IMG/VR virus record: IMGVR_UViG_3300021139_000004
DNA length: 64,000 nucleotides
Direction: 5' to 3' (one strand)
Source: an uncultured virus (IMG/VR IMGVR_UViG_3300021139_000004)
Lineage: Duplodnaviria; Heunggongvirae; Uroviricota; Caudoviricetes
Shown: positions 1-9,283 of the stretch, one piece after another
Layout of the letters: every line of letters begins with the position of its first letter
Numbering within the stretch: the stretch's first letter is position 1
Made by a program: the position numbers and the translations under genes
The notes under the pieces: generated by a model
What the model was told of the DNA's origin: nothing
What the model saw: only the letters and a program-made list of their open reading frames with translations
Database searches by the model: none

Positions 1-180
1 TACGTTGCTGGTTCGCCTTACACGCCATTTGCTCAATTAACTGAATCTCAGGTGCAGGGATGGGTCACATCGGCTTTGGGTGCAACTCAGGTTTCCGCAT
101 TAGAAGCCAACATTGACCAACAAATCCAACAACAGGTCACACCAACATCGGTTAATCTGACGCCACCTTGGAGTGCATAA
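1..180 (+). CDS. 3' part of a small tail-fibre-associated hypothetical protein (5'-truncated)
   Basis: Open frame 1 (YVAGSPYTPFAQLTESQVQGWV...LTPPWSA*) ending TAA at 178-180; lies among fibre genes. Confidence 0.65.
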   Translation, partial: YVAGSPYTPFAQLTESQVQGWVTSALGATQVSALEANIDQQIQQQVTPTSVNLTPPWSA

Positions 181-219
181 TGGCAGTTTCAGCAGCAAAT
201 ATAGCATAAGGATAACTAA

Positions 220-765
220 ATGACAACGACCAATAACCTTTCTGTTTTAGCTAGAACTGCAAATACTCTTACGAGTGTTGGCTCTAACGGACAAGTGTTA
301 ACTTCTAATGGTTCTGCAGTTTATTGGGGCGCTGGTAATGGACCTGCATTTAGTGCATACCAGTCATCTGCACAATCATTAAGTTCAGCGACGACAACTC
401 TTGTGCAGTTCCAAACAAAAGAATTTGATACAAACTCAGCTTTTAATAATACAGGTTCAACAGTTGGTTCGGCACCAGCTTGGTCGTTTAATCCACAAGT
501 TGCTGGATATTATCAAATTATAGGAGGAATTGCGGTTAGTACTACACCTCAAGAAACTGTAACTTTCATTTATAAAAATGGAACAAGATATAAAAATGGT
601 ACTGACGTATCTGCAAGTTCAGGAAGTTCTGTAGTAACTTCTTTGGTTTATTTGAACGGATCTAGCGACTACGTTCAAATTTATGGTTACGTAACAACGG
701 GTCAAAATTTGGCAGCATCAATTAATTCCACTTATTTCCAAGGTGTAATGGTTAGAGGCGCATGA
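220..765 (+). CDS. Tail fibre-type protein with C1q/TNF-like C-terminal domain
   Basis: GQVLTSNG fibre motif followed by PAFSAY...FDTNSAFN...F.PQVAGYYQI...YFQGVMV; RBS AAGGA. Confidence 0.6.
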   Translation: MTTTNNLSVLARTANTLTSVGSNGQVLTSNGSAVYWGAGNGPAFSAYQSSAQSLSSATTTLVQFQTKEFDTNSAFNNTGSTVGSAPAWSFNPQVAGYYQIIGGIAVSTTPQETVTFIYKNGTRYKNGTDVSASSGSSVVTSLVYLNGSSDYVQIYGYVTTGQNLAASINSTYFQGVMVRGA

Positions 766-918
766 TGGCGGTAATTGGGAAATGATTCTAAAATCTGGTG
801 ATGTTGTGGATTGGCAACCGAATCAACCACATGAATTTATTGCTTTAGAAGATAATTCACGAATAGAAATATTGTAAAAGGCGGCGGTGTAGTTAATGAT
901 TACCAAACGAATAAATAA
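761..918 (+). pseudogene. Remnant C-terminus of a small cupin-like protein, apparent 1-nt deletion
   Basis: GNWEMILKSGDVVDWQPNQPHEFIALEDNSRI continues in a shifted frame as NIVKGGGVVNDYQTNK*; N-terminal half absent. Confidence 0.5.
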
Positions 919-934
919 TAATAAAAGGTAGAAA

Positions 935-1756
935 ATGACACAGGCATATCAATTAGGTGATCTTGGACAACTACTGACAGTTGATGCTGTCGGTAACAAT
1001 ATCACATTGGCTGCCAATAGTGTTGGTATTGGTAACAGCGCACCGACGACTAGATTGTCAGTCAACGGTACAACATACTTACAGGGTAACGTAACATTTA
1101 CACAGGGTATCGTTGATTCGACGGGCAGTCAGGGTACAGCCGGTCAAGTACTTACATCTAATGGTAGCGGTAACGTATATTGGTCAACTGTATCCGGTGG
1201 CGGTGGTGGTTCAGTAAACGTTGCTGCTCAGTATACATGGACTAATACACAGACGTTTACAAATACAATTACGTTTAGTGGTTCTATTGTAGCAAATACT
1301 ATCAATGCTACTTCTATTGTACTTTCTACAAATACTTTATCTATTGGAACTGCAGCATATCACGTTGCAAACGGCAACTTAGGTCTCGGTACTTCATCAC
1401 CAGCTGCGACACTCGATGTCGTTGGCACTGTGAATACTTCGAAAGCTAATACGCTTCAACAGACACTGACTTTTAATGCTACTCAGACTTGGGATACTTC
1501 ACTCGGTCAAATAGCTACAGTGACTTTGACAGCCAACGTAACTTTCTCTGCACCCTCTAACTTGAAAGTCGGTACTTATATTCTTCACATATATCAAGAC
1601 TCGACTGGTGGTAGAACTGCTACATGGAACTCGATATTTAAGTGGCCAGCTGGTGTTGCCCCAGTATTAACTACTAACGCATCAGCACATGACGTATTAT
1701 CATTCGTCTCAGACGGTACCAATCTTTATGGATCATTCTTACCTAATGTCAAATAA
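935..1756 (+). CDS. Tail fibre protein
   Basis: GIGNSAP / GNLGLGTSSPAATLDV fibre repeats, GQVLTSNG motif; C-terminal ~100 aa paralogous to the next gene. Confidence 0.7.
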   Translation: MTQAYQLGDLGQLLTVDAVGNNITLAANSVGIGNSAPTTRLSVNGTTYLQGNVTFTQGIVDSTGSQGTAGQVLTSNGSGNVYWSTVSGGGGGSVNVAAQYTWTNTQTFTNTITFSGSIVANTINATSIVLSTNTLSIGTAAYHVANGNLGLGTSSPAATLDVVGTVNTSKANTLQQTLTFNATQTWDTSLGQIATVTLTANVTFSAPSNLKVGTYILHIYQDSTGGRTATWNSIFKWPAGVAPVLTTNASAHDVLSFVSDGTNLYGSFLPNVK

Positions 1757-1790
1757 ATAACATAAATAGCCAACAGGGGAAAGTGAACCA

Positions 1791-2447
1791 ATGGCAGACG
1801 TCAATTTTAAAGTCAAAAATACATTAGTCGTTAATACGGCTTTTTCGGCAAATTCTACGGTCGTTAATCTAGGCAACGTTACGATCACACCAACCAATAT
1901 AACAATTGGTAATTCTTCTGTCAACGTTAGTATCAATTCTACTTCCGTATCTACAAATTCTGCTATTACAGTCGGCGTAGCTTCTATCAATACTACTGCG
2001 CTCGTTGCTGGAGCTAACGTTTATTTAGACACTTCTAAATTAAATCTTGGTAATAGTACTGTTTATGTTATAGCTAATTCTTCCGTCGTAAGTATGTCGA
2101 ACGGTATGTTTACCGGTACCATTTCTTCAGCACAAGCAAACGTATTATCTCAGACACTCGCTGACGGTACGACTATCAATTGGGATACTTCTGTTGGTCA
2201 AATAGCTTATGTAACATTGGGAGGCAATAGAACTATGGCTGCTCCCTCAAATCTTAAAGTAGGAACATATATATTACATGTGAATCAAGACGCCACAGGA
2301 AGTCGTACATTGACATGGAATTCTGTATTCAAGTGGACAGCTGGAGTTTCTCCAGTTCTTTCTACTGGTGCTAATAAAAAAGACATCTTTACATTTATGA
2401 GTGATGGTACAAACTTGTACGGATCATATCTACCGGACGTAAGGTAA
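1791..2447 (+). CDS. Tail fibre protein (C-terminal domain paralogous to 935-1756)
   Basis: N/S/T/V-rich shaft; shared WDTS.GQIA...APSNLKVGTYILH...SDGTNLYGS domain; CATAAATA upstream at 1761-1768. Confidence 0.7.
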   Translation: MADVNFKVKNTLVVNTAFSANSTVVNLGNVTITPTNITIGNSSVNVSINSTSVSTNSAITVGVASINTTALVAGANVYLDTSKLNLGNSTVYVIANSSVVSMSNGMFTGTISSAQANVLSQTLADGTTINWDTSVGQIAYVTLGGNRTMAAPSNLKVGTYILHVNQDATGSRTLTWNSVFKWTAGVSPVLSTGANKKDIFTFMSDGTNLYGSYLPDVR

Positions 2448-2451
2448 TCAA

Positions 2452-3897
2452 ATGTTTGTAGCCTTTATTCCTAGACCAACACAGATCGTTAACATATCTT
2501 CTGCTGCTAACAACGTTAATTTGTATACGCAGGCAAACAGTCCTACGTATCCGTTGAATCTATTAGCTTTTATCAACGCTTCAGTTGGTTCTTCTTCTAA
2601 TACGAATCCAGCTTTTAGAACTGGTACAGGTTGGACTCCGGGTACATGGCTCTATATTCAAAATTCAAACACGATCACTGGTGGTGTTGGTCCGACCGGT
2701 AATACCGGTTCTCCAGGTTCTCCGGGTTCTCCGGGATCGACTGGTTCTCCCGGTCCTGCGGGTTCTCCGGGTGCTACGGGTTCTACTGGTTCTACTGGTT
2801 CATACGGTTATGGAGGTGCCGGTGGTGCTGGTGCTTATGTAAATTATCAGGGTTGGGGGGCTAATTATCCAAGCGAACCAGTAAACGGTTATGGAGGTAG
2901 CGCAGCTTCTTCGGGTGCTCCGGGTGGTACTGGTGGTCCTGGAGGTACAGGTGGTGCAGGAACTCCCGGTGGTACTGGTGGTCCCGGTGGTGCAGGAACT
3001 GCGGGTGGATCTGGCGCGCCGGGAGGTAACGGCGGTATCGCTTTTCAAGCAGATACAGTATCGGGTCTTATTACTGTATTGAATAACACGACGACTATTA
3101 GTGGTGGAACTGGCGGACCTGGCGGTCCCGGCGGACCTGGCGGTCCCGGCGGACCTGGCGGTCCTGGTGGTCCAAGAGGTGCTGGTGGTCCGGGTGGTCC
3201 AGGTGGTCCAGGTGGTCCGGGCGGCATCGGAGGTGGTGGAGGCGGCGGCGGTGGCGGCGCTGGTTTCTATAACCCAGGCTTTTATTTACCGGGTTCTGCT
3301 TTAATGTATACGATCGCTGGATCTGGTGGCGGTGGTGGTGCAAGTTGGACTTCTCCAGGTGCTGGTGGGTCTGGTGGTTTTGTAACTATTCCGGCCTATA
3401 CGACTTATGCACCTGCACCAAAGGGTTGTTCACCGATAGCAACATATCATCCTGCGACTAATTATTATGCATCCGGCGGTGCGCCGGCTTCGGGTTCATC
3501 ACCGGGCGGTGGCGGCGCAGCTTGGGGTTATGGAGGTGCTGGTGGTGCTGGTGGTGCTATAAATGGTTCTGGAGGTAATGGTGGTAATGGTAACGCTCGT
3601 GCGACAGCTCACTATGCTCCTGCTCCTAAGGGTTGTTCTCCTGTCTTCACCGGTTATACTTACGATCTATACACAGTAGGCGGTGCTGGTGGTGCTGGTG
3701 GTGGTAACGGATCGACAGGACCTACTGGTCCTGTCGGATCACCGGGTTCACCGGGTAGTACAGGACCGACAGGACCTGCTGGTTCTCCTGGTTCGCCCGG
3801 TCCTATTGGACTTGCAGGATCACAGGGTCCAGCAATATCAGGCAATTCAAACATAGTTTACGTAAGCGCGGGTACACGTAACGGACCAATTAGCTAA
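2452..3897 (+). CDS. Glycine-rich, gp38-like receptor-binding adhesin with long (Gly-X-X)n tracts
   Basis: NSNTITGG / GGIAF...LNNTTTISGG / poly-G / GPAISGNSNI...GTRNG layout resembles T-even gp38 adhesins; follows fibre genes. Confidence 0.6.
   Translation: MFVAFIPRPTQIVNISSAANNVNLYTQANSPTYPLNLLAFINASVGSSSNTNPAFRTGTGWTPGTWLYIQNSNTITGGVGPTGNTGSPGSPGSPGSTGSPGPAGSPGATGSTGSTGSYGYGGAGGAGAYVNYQGWGANYPSEPVNGYGGSAASSGAPGGTGGPGGTGGAGTPGGTGGPGGAGTAGGSGAPGGNGGIAFQADTVSGLITVLNNTTTISGGTGGPGGPGGPGGPGGPGGPGGPRGAGGPGGPGGPGGPGGIGGGGGGGGGGAGFYNPGFYLPGSALMYTIAGSGGGGGASWTSPGAGGSGGFVTIPAYTTYAPAPKGCSPIATYHPATNYYASGGAPASGSSPGGGGAAWGYGGAGGAGGAINGSGGNGGNGNARATAHYAPAPKGCSPVFTGYTYDLYTVGGAGGAGGGNGSTGPTGPVGSPGSPGSTGPTGPAGSPGSPGPIGLAGSQGPAISGNSNIVYVSAGTRNGPIS
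3112..3165 (+). repeat. Three tandem 18-bp units GGCGGACCTGGCGGTCC(C/T) encoding (GGP)6
   Basis: Direct repeat read from sequence. Confidence 0.9.
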
Positions 3898-3908
3898 GGT
3901 AAAAAGAC

Positions 3909-4364
3909 ATGGACATTCACTACAAAATCATTAAAGTATTTCCAGAAGAACACTCTATAGTCGTTAGATTTTTTACTGACGTATTGACAGAAGAAAAGCT
4001 GTCTGTTGATCCAGATATTACTAATAAACTGTCTGATGGATCTCCAGAAAGATGCAGAACTGATTATAACATAAATCTTCCAGTACCTGCACCTGCTGAC
4101 GGCGAATTAGAAAAATACATTATGTTACATGCTCCGGTTCAGTGGTTTATAATGCATGAAAAAATTGCAGATCCAAATGTTGACACTTCACTTTCGCATA
4201 TTCAACCATTGATAAATGCAAAAGTTACAAAAACTATTGGACCCGAATCTACATCTATCACTCTACCTACACCTACGTCGATGGATACTAGTGGTGGTGC
4301 TATGTCAGACGATGATATTGCTAATCTGTTAAAGAAAGTAACGATCGATAAATCTACTAAGTAG
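3909..4364 (+). CDS. Hypothetical protein (possibly fibre assembly/chaperone)
   Basis: 151-aa ORF with RBS AAGG directly after the adhesin. Confidence 0.6.
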   Translation: MDIHYKIIKVFPEEHSIVVRFFTDVLTEEKLSVDPDITNKLSDGSPERCRTDYNINLPVPAPADGELEKYIMLHAPVQWFIMHEKIADPNVDTSLSHIQPLINAKVTKTIGPESTSITLPTPTSMDTSGGAMSDDDIANLLKKVTIDKSTK

Positions 4365-4366
4365 TT

Positions 4367-5455
4367 ATGAAATATAGTCAAAAATTAGTTGATGACATCT
4401 ATTATTATGATGGCGAAAACAACGTGTATGATAATAGACATGATCTTCTATTATCTACACGTTCTAAAACAAAGCTGTTCTATTATTATGATGACAAGTT
4501 TGATAAAGTAGAATGGACTAAAGAACCAATCGAAGATTTGCAGACTCTATATACTCGTAGAGCTCAACAAATTCGAGATCAATACGAATACGTGATATTG
4601 TGTTGGTCTGGAGGTGTTGACTCTACGACTATATTAGAAACTTTCTATTACAATAAAATTCATATCGATGAGATCTTATTAGTAGGTGCTTTTTCTCAAG
4701 ATTCGGCTAGAGGCGATGACTCAAATCATAACGGAGACATCTATCATAATGTATGGCCTACTCTAAAAACTTTAGATCTTCCTAATACTAAAATTACAGT
4801 CAAAGATTACTCATTAAACTTCGATAATCCTAATAATTTTTCATTGATCAAAGATTATTCTGATGATTATATGAAATTCTTAGGTCCAATGATTAGTGTT
4901 CACAATCTGTTTTGGTATGATCTTAAAAAGTTTGTCTTACCTAATAATGAAAAAAAAGCATGTTATATCATGGGGTCCGATAAGCCTAGATTGAATATTG
5001 ACTCTTTTAAAAATAGCTTTTTTACTGAATTCAACGATGCTTCAGTAACAGACTACGGGGCAAACTTTAAAGATGAAAACTTAGAACGAGTTAATTTTTA
5101 TGCTCATCCAGATGCTGAAGCTATTATAAGAAAACAATTACATATTTTATTAAAGTTCTATATTAAGAACGTACAAATTGAAAAAAATATGACTCATGAT
5201 GATTTTCAAAAACATTATATCACGATCGTGAATACTTTGATGTATGATTTGAAAAATCCTTTAAGACACAAATCTAAAAAATCTGTAATAGCTTGTATCA
5301 GTGAGAGAGATAACTTTATAGTCAATAAGCAAGATTCTGAAATATATAAATTGTTTAGAAACAATCTTCTTAAGATCGATAAAAGAATAGCTTACAAGAG
5401 ACAAGCTTTTCAAACGAAAAGATATTATATCACGGAAAGATTATCAACCCCATGA
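4367..5455 (+). CDS. PP-loop (adenine nucleotide alpha-hydrolase-like) protein 1
   Basis: RAQQIRDQYEYVILCWSGGVDS motif. Confidence 0.75.
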   Translation: MKYSQKLVDDIYYYDGENNVYDNRHDLLLSTRSKTKLFYYYDDKFDKVEWTKEPIEDLQTLYTRRAQQIRDQYEYVILCWSGGVDSTTILETFYYNKIHIDEILLVGAFSQDSARGDDSNHNGDIYHNVWPTLKTLDLPNTKITVKDYSLNFDNPNNFSLIKDYSDDYMKFLGPMISVHNLFWYDLKKFVLPNNEKKACYIMGSDKPRLNIDSFKNSFFTEFNDASVTDYGANFKDENLERVNFYAHPDAEAIIRKQLHILLKFYIKNVQIEKNMTHDDFQKHYITIVNTLMYDLKNPLRHKSKKSVIACISERDNFIVNKQDSEIYKLFRNNLLKIDKRIAYKRQAFQTKRYYITERLSTP

Positions 5456-5919
5456 TGTATGTTTTCTATTTTCTTTTGTGGACATTTGTGGTATACTGTA
5501 TGCACAGAATAGTGCATGTACTTCCTTATGTCAATAAGATTCATAGTGATCATCATAAACAAGTTTCTCAGGCCACGATACGTGGATTACATTGGACTAA
5601 CTTATTTTTATATTTTGACAGTTGGAAAAGTACAGCAGATCAATGGATTACTGAAGTCATTCCTACTATAATTTTAGCTTGGATGACAGGGCAATGGTGG
5701 CTATTTGGTTTTTATTATATTTGGGCAGCATTGATTCAAGAATCAATTGAACACAATCCTAAGTTTAATTTATATCCATTCATAACGAGTGGACAATGGC
5801 ATCTTATTCATCATAAAACGCCTTCTAAAAACTATGGTGTGTTTTTTCCTATTTGGGATATGATATTTGGTACATGGCAGGGTTTAGATGGCGACATACA
5901 AAAATTGGCTAACAAGTAA
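5452..5919 (+). CDS. Fatty-acid hydroxylase/sterol desaturase family membrane di-iron enzyme
   Basis: His boxes HRIVH, HSDHH, HLIHH and NYGVFFPIWDMIFGT; hydrophobic segments. Confidence 0.85.
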   Translation: MMYVFYFLLWTFVVYCMHRIVHVLPYVNKIHSDHHKQVSQATIRGLHWTNLFLYFDSWKSTADQWITEVIPTIILAWMTGQWWLFGFYYIWAALIQESIEHNPKFNLYPFITSGQWHLIHHKTPSKNYGVFFPIWDMIFGTWQGLDGDIQKLANK

Positions 5920-6778
5920 CATTGTAGAACGTAAAGATACTGGTATTGACTTAAAAGTCACATTGACAAAGATCGATGAATGGGAACTAGATACTTCTTT
6001 CGAAGAAGCTTCTATCAATGTAGTCAAAACTATCACCAATTTGAACAAACCTCTTTATATTGGTCTTAGTGGAGGTTTAGATTCAGAATATGTTTGTCGT
6101 ATATTTGATGAAGAGTATGTCCCATATACACCAGTCGTAATAGAAACGCCGGGTAATCAATTAGAATTGAGTTATGCTTATAAGTTTTGTAAAAAATATA
6201 ATAAAGAACCCGTCATTATAAAAAAGACAGAAGCTGATATGCTTCATCATTACTACGATGAAATTCTAGTAAAATGTTCTGGTTTTGGTCATAATTCAGT
6301 CGCGATGTATATCATAGGTCAATATGCAAAAGATAGAAACGGCATATTTGTAATGGGTGAACATCTGATCGATGAAAAAGAAAAAGGTGGATTCAATGTA
6401 GGTGCCAACGAGTGGGATTTCTACAATGATCTTATATTAGGTGAAGATAATACACACTACTTCTTCAATTATACACCTGAAATAAGTTATGCTATGATCA
6501 GAGATTTTCCAATCTATAAAGATATACAGAAGTGTAAGTCTGAATTGTATGGTCTTGAATATAGACCAAAAATGATATATCAGTATAGTGACAAATATGT
6601 ATCCACTTTAAGAATTTTGAGACATAGCAAAGTGTTGCCTCACAATCCTAACTTTACTTTTGGTGATAGAGATACATATCTAGATCTATTAAAATCTATG
6701 AGAGATAAAGATGGAAGAACCAAAAGTAACGATAGACGAAGAAAACAAACTCGTAGAGTCAAAACAAAATCTGCGTGA
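5888..6778 (+). CDS. PP-loop protein 2 (divergent)
   Basis: LYIGLSGGLDSEY motif. Confidence 0.65.
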   Translation: MATYKNWLTSNIVERKDTGIDLKVTLTKIDEWELDTSFEEASINVVKTITNLNKPLYIGLSGGLDSEYVCRIFDEEYVPYTPVVIETPGNQLELSYAYKFCKKYNKEPVIIKKTEADMLHHYYDEILVKCSGFGHNSVAMYIIGQYAKDRNGIFVMGEHLIDEKEKGGFNVGANEWDFYNDLILGEDNTHYFFNYTPEISYAMIRDFPIYKDIQKCKSELYGLEYRPKMIYQYSDKYVSTLRILRHSKVLPHNPNFTFGDRDTYLDLLKSMRDKDGRTKSNDRRRKQTRRVKTKSA

Positions 6779-7616
6779 GCTTAGAGCTAACAGCGCTAAA
6801 TGGGCATGGGAATCAGATGTCTATACAGATTTTGAACAGACTTATGGCAAGTATTTGTTACTTCCGTTTGCTATACCTATCATTCAACCAAAAAGTATGG
6901 ATAGATTTTTAGAATTTTTCTTTACTAAATCAAAAGATGCGGTAAAGATAAAAGCAGATATGTTAAGTGATGAAGCAACAAAAAGATCATGGTCACCTTA
7001 CCGTCAAATAACAAGCGTATCTGGTAAACATTCTGATATTTGGTCTGATAATCAACAACCGGAAATCTATACACAGTTTCCTGAACTTTTTGAACAGATT
7101 CATGAATACATGCCTTTTATAGATCGACCAGATTTTAAATGGTTTATGTGGTCTGCTAATAAAGACGTGCCTGCACACAGAGACTATGGATCACAAATCG
7201 ATGCGCCGGTTGGCATCAGAATAATGTTGTATGATGATAATCCCGTCCAATCTCTTAGCTTAAAAGTCGATCCTATTGATAAACCTGACTATAAATCTGA
7301 CTACTATCCAATAGTATATCCGAAAGAAGAAACTAATACTTTTGCTTGGAATAATTTAAGACAGAAGCATGCAAGTTTCTATACCAAAGGACATAGAAAG
7401 ATTCTTATGATTGTTTCAGCCAAAGAAGTATCAAGGATCGTTAGTACAAAAGAAAACAAAAAGAGACTCAATCAATACGTAGACTTATTGGATAGAAGCA
7501 TCTCAAAATATAAAGACTACGCAGTAATCGATACAGACAATGATTATAGAGACTATTTGGCATTCGATGGGACAGAACCTATAAATAAAGTCATGAGTCA
7601 CGGAGAAACGAAATGA
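6711..7616 (+). CDS. Hypothetical protein, possible cupin/2OG-Fe(II) oxygenase fold
   Basis: VPAHRD plus distal FAWNN...KHAS could form a HxD...H triad. Confidence 0.45.
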   Translation: MEEPKVTIDEENKLVESKQNLRELRANSAKWAWESDVYTDFEQTYGKYLLLPFAIPIIQPKSMDRFLEFFFTKSKDAVKIKADMLSDEATKRSWSPYRQITSVSGKHSDIWSDNQQPEIYTQFPELFEQIHEYMPFIDRPDFKWFMWSANKDVPAHRDYGSQIDAPVGIRIMLYDDNPVQSLSLKVDPIDKPDYKSDYYPIVYPKEETNTFAWNNLRQKHASFYTKGHRKILMIVSAKEVSRIVSTKENKKRLNQYVDLLDRSISKYKDYAVIDTDNDYRDYLAFDGTEPINKVMSHGETK

Positions 7617-8014
7617 CTGCTAACGTACACCAATACTTTTATAAGACCGCCAATCAATCATGGAATGACGTAAAATCGACGGCAAATACAACTCAGACTG
7701 ATGCATGGAAAGCTTGGCAAAACAACGTAGTTCAGGCTTATCCAGGTTTTATTGCCGTACTTTCAGATGAAAATATCGATGCTAATACGATGCGTAAGAC
7801 ATGGTCATTGGCTAATGATTCTGTGGCTAAAGCTTTTTGGAATACGACTCATGATGCTAACAATTCTTATTATGCAGCCGTATTATCAGAAATTATCAAT
7901 ACACCATCTTTCGAAAAACATTATTTTAAAGTGACAGTCGAGTATCAAGACGGTACAGAAAAAACACTGATCAATCCACTACCTCAAGCAAATATTGCAT
8001 CTTCTAATACATAA
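7613..8014 (+). CDS. Hypothetical protein
   Basis: 133-aa ORF, RBS GGAG, ATGA overlap with previous gene. Confidence 0.65.
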   Translation: MTANVHQYFYKTANQSWNDVKSTANTTQTDAWKAWQNNVVQAYPGFIAVLSDENIDANTMRKTWSLANDSVAKAFWNTTHDANNSYYAAVLSEIINTPSFEKHYFKVTVEYQDGTEKTLINPLPQANIASSNT

Positions 8015-8020
8015 TGATTT

Positions 8021-9283
8021 ATGCCCTTACATCTTATAGGAAAAGCAAACAGACAACAGATAACGAGTGTTGGCAATAAGTTATCTTTTAGTCATTTGCA
8101 TTGTGGATATTATGTTTATAATAATAAGATGTATATAGATCGAGAAGATCTTCTTGATGATATGCTTATAAGCGAAGATGATAATAGAGTATACTTTTAT
8201 TTCAATGAAGATGTATTCAATTATATTGATTGGACTATTGAACCCGATATTTCTTTAAAAGAACTCTATAGATTAAGAGCACAACAACTTCGTGATACTT
8301 ACGACTATCTGATTTTGAGTTATTCTGGGGGTTCTGACTCTCATGAAATACTGATGACTTTTCTAGAGAATGATATTTTTATAGATGAAATTCAAACAGT
8401 ACATCATTATTCTCTCATAGAAAAAGTCGACCGTGCATTCTTAAAAGGTAATAGTAATCTTGCAACATTACTAGAATTTGAAATGGCTGTCTTGCCAGTA
8501 TTACAAAAAGTAGTTGAAAAAAGTCCAAAAACAAAATTAAAATTGATAGATGCTTCTGATTATACAGTACAAAATGCTGTTAAAGAAAAGAAGTTTTCTT
8601 TTATGGGTATAGATGGTAAAAAAATAAATACGACTTTTATAACGCAGACTACTCCGTTTGTTAGAACTTTTTATCAGCATCATTATAATAATACTAGAAC
8701 AGATCTGCCAACAAAAGTAGGGTTTATTAGAGGCACCGATAAACCTAACTTAAAAATGAATAAAAATAGATTGAAGTTTGCTTTTACTGATGTGACTATG
8801 CACGGAGCAAAGCTAATCAATAAAAAACAAATAGGTGATGTCTATACGATTGAAAACTTTTATTGGAATCCTGAAATACCACTTATTCCTATAAAACAAT
8901 CACATGTCATTAAAAAAGCATTAGAAAACGATGCTAATTTTTATGCTATGTTCATGCTTAATCAAGACAAGTCAGCTAAGCATGTTGAATTCAATATGAA
9001 GGGACATCCGAGCGATTATTATTTCACAAGAAAATATAACAGATACATATATCATTATTGGAACGATCAATTTTATCAAGCACCTAAAAAAATAACAGAA
9101 TCGGGTGAATTATTGATTCTAGATAAACTTTTTAATGATACGACATATAGAGAAGTACTAAAAGAACAACAAGATTACACGTTTAAAAAGTATAATAAAA
9201 TAGACGATAAGAAGCTCATAAATAGAACGATCATTTCTAATGTATATGATGTAGGAGAATTGAATGTTACGTGGGATAATTAA
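8021..9283 (+). CDS. PP-loop protein 3
   Basis: RAQQLRDTYDYLILSYSGGSDS...IFIDEI; RGTDKP; ENFYW. Confidence 0.75.
   Translation: MPLHLIGKANRQQITSVGNKLSFSHLHCGYYVYNNKMYIDREDLLDDMLISEDDNRVYFYFNEDVFNYIDWTIEPDISLKELYRLRAQQLRDTYDYLILSYSGGSDSHEILMTFLENDIFIDEIQTVHHYSLIEKVDRAFLKGNSNLATLLEFEMAVLPVLQKVVEKSPKTKLKLIDASDYTVQNAVKEKKFSFMGIDGKKINTTFITQTTPFVRTFYQHHYNNTRTDLPTKVGFIRGTDKPNLKMNKNRLKFAFTDVTMHGAKLINKKQIGDVYTIENFYWNPEIPLIPIKQSHVIKKALENDANFYAMFMLNQDKSAKHVEFNMKGHPSDYYFTRKYNRYIYHYWNDQFYQAPKKITESGELLILDKLFNDTTYREVLKEQQDYTFKKYNKIDDKKLINRTIISNVYDVGELNVTWDN

Noticed and set aside
3045..3854. Minus-strand collagen-like ORFs (PPGPPG...)
   Set aside because: They are antisense shadows of the GGN-GGN-CCN repeats of the adhesin and have no RBS or operon context
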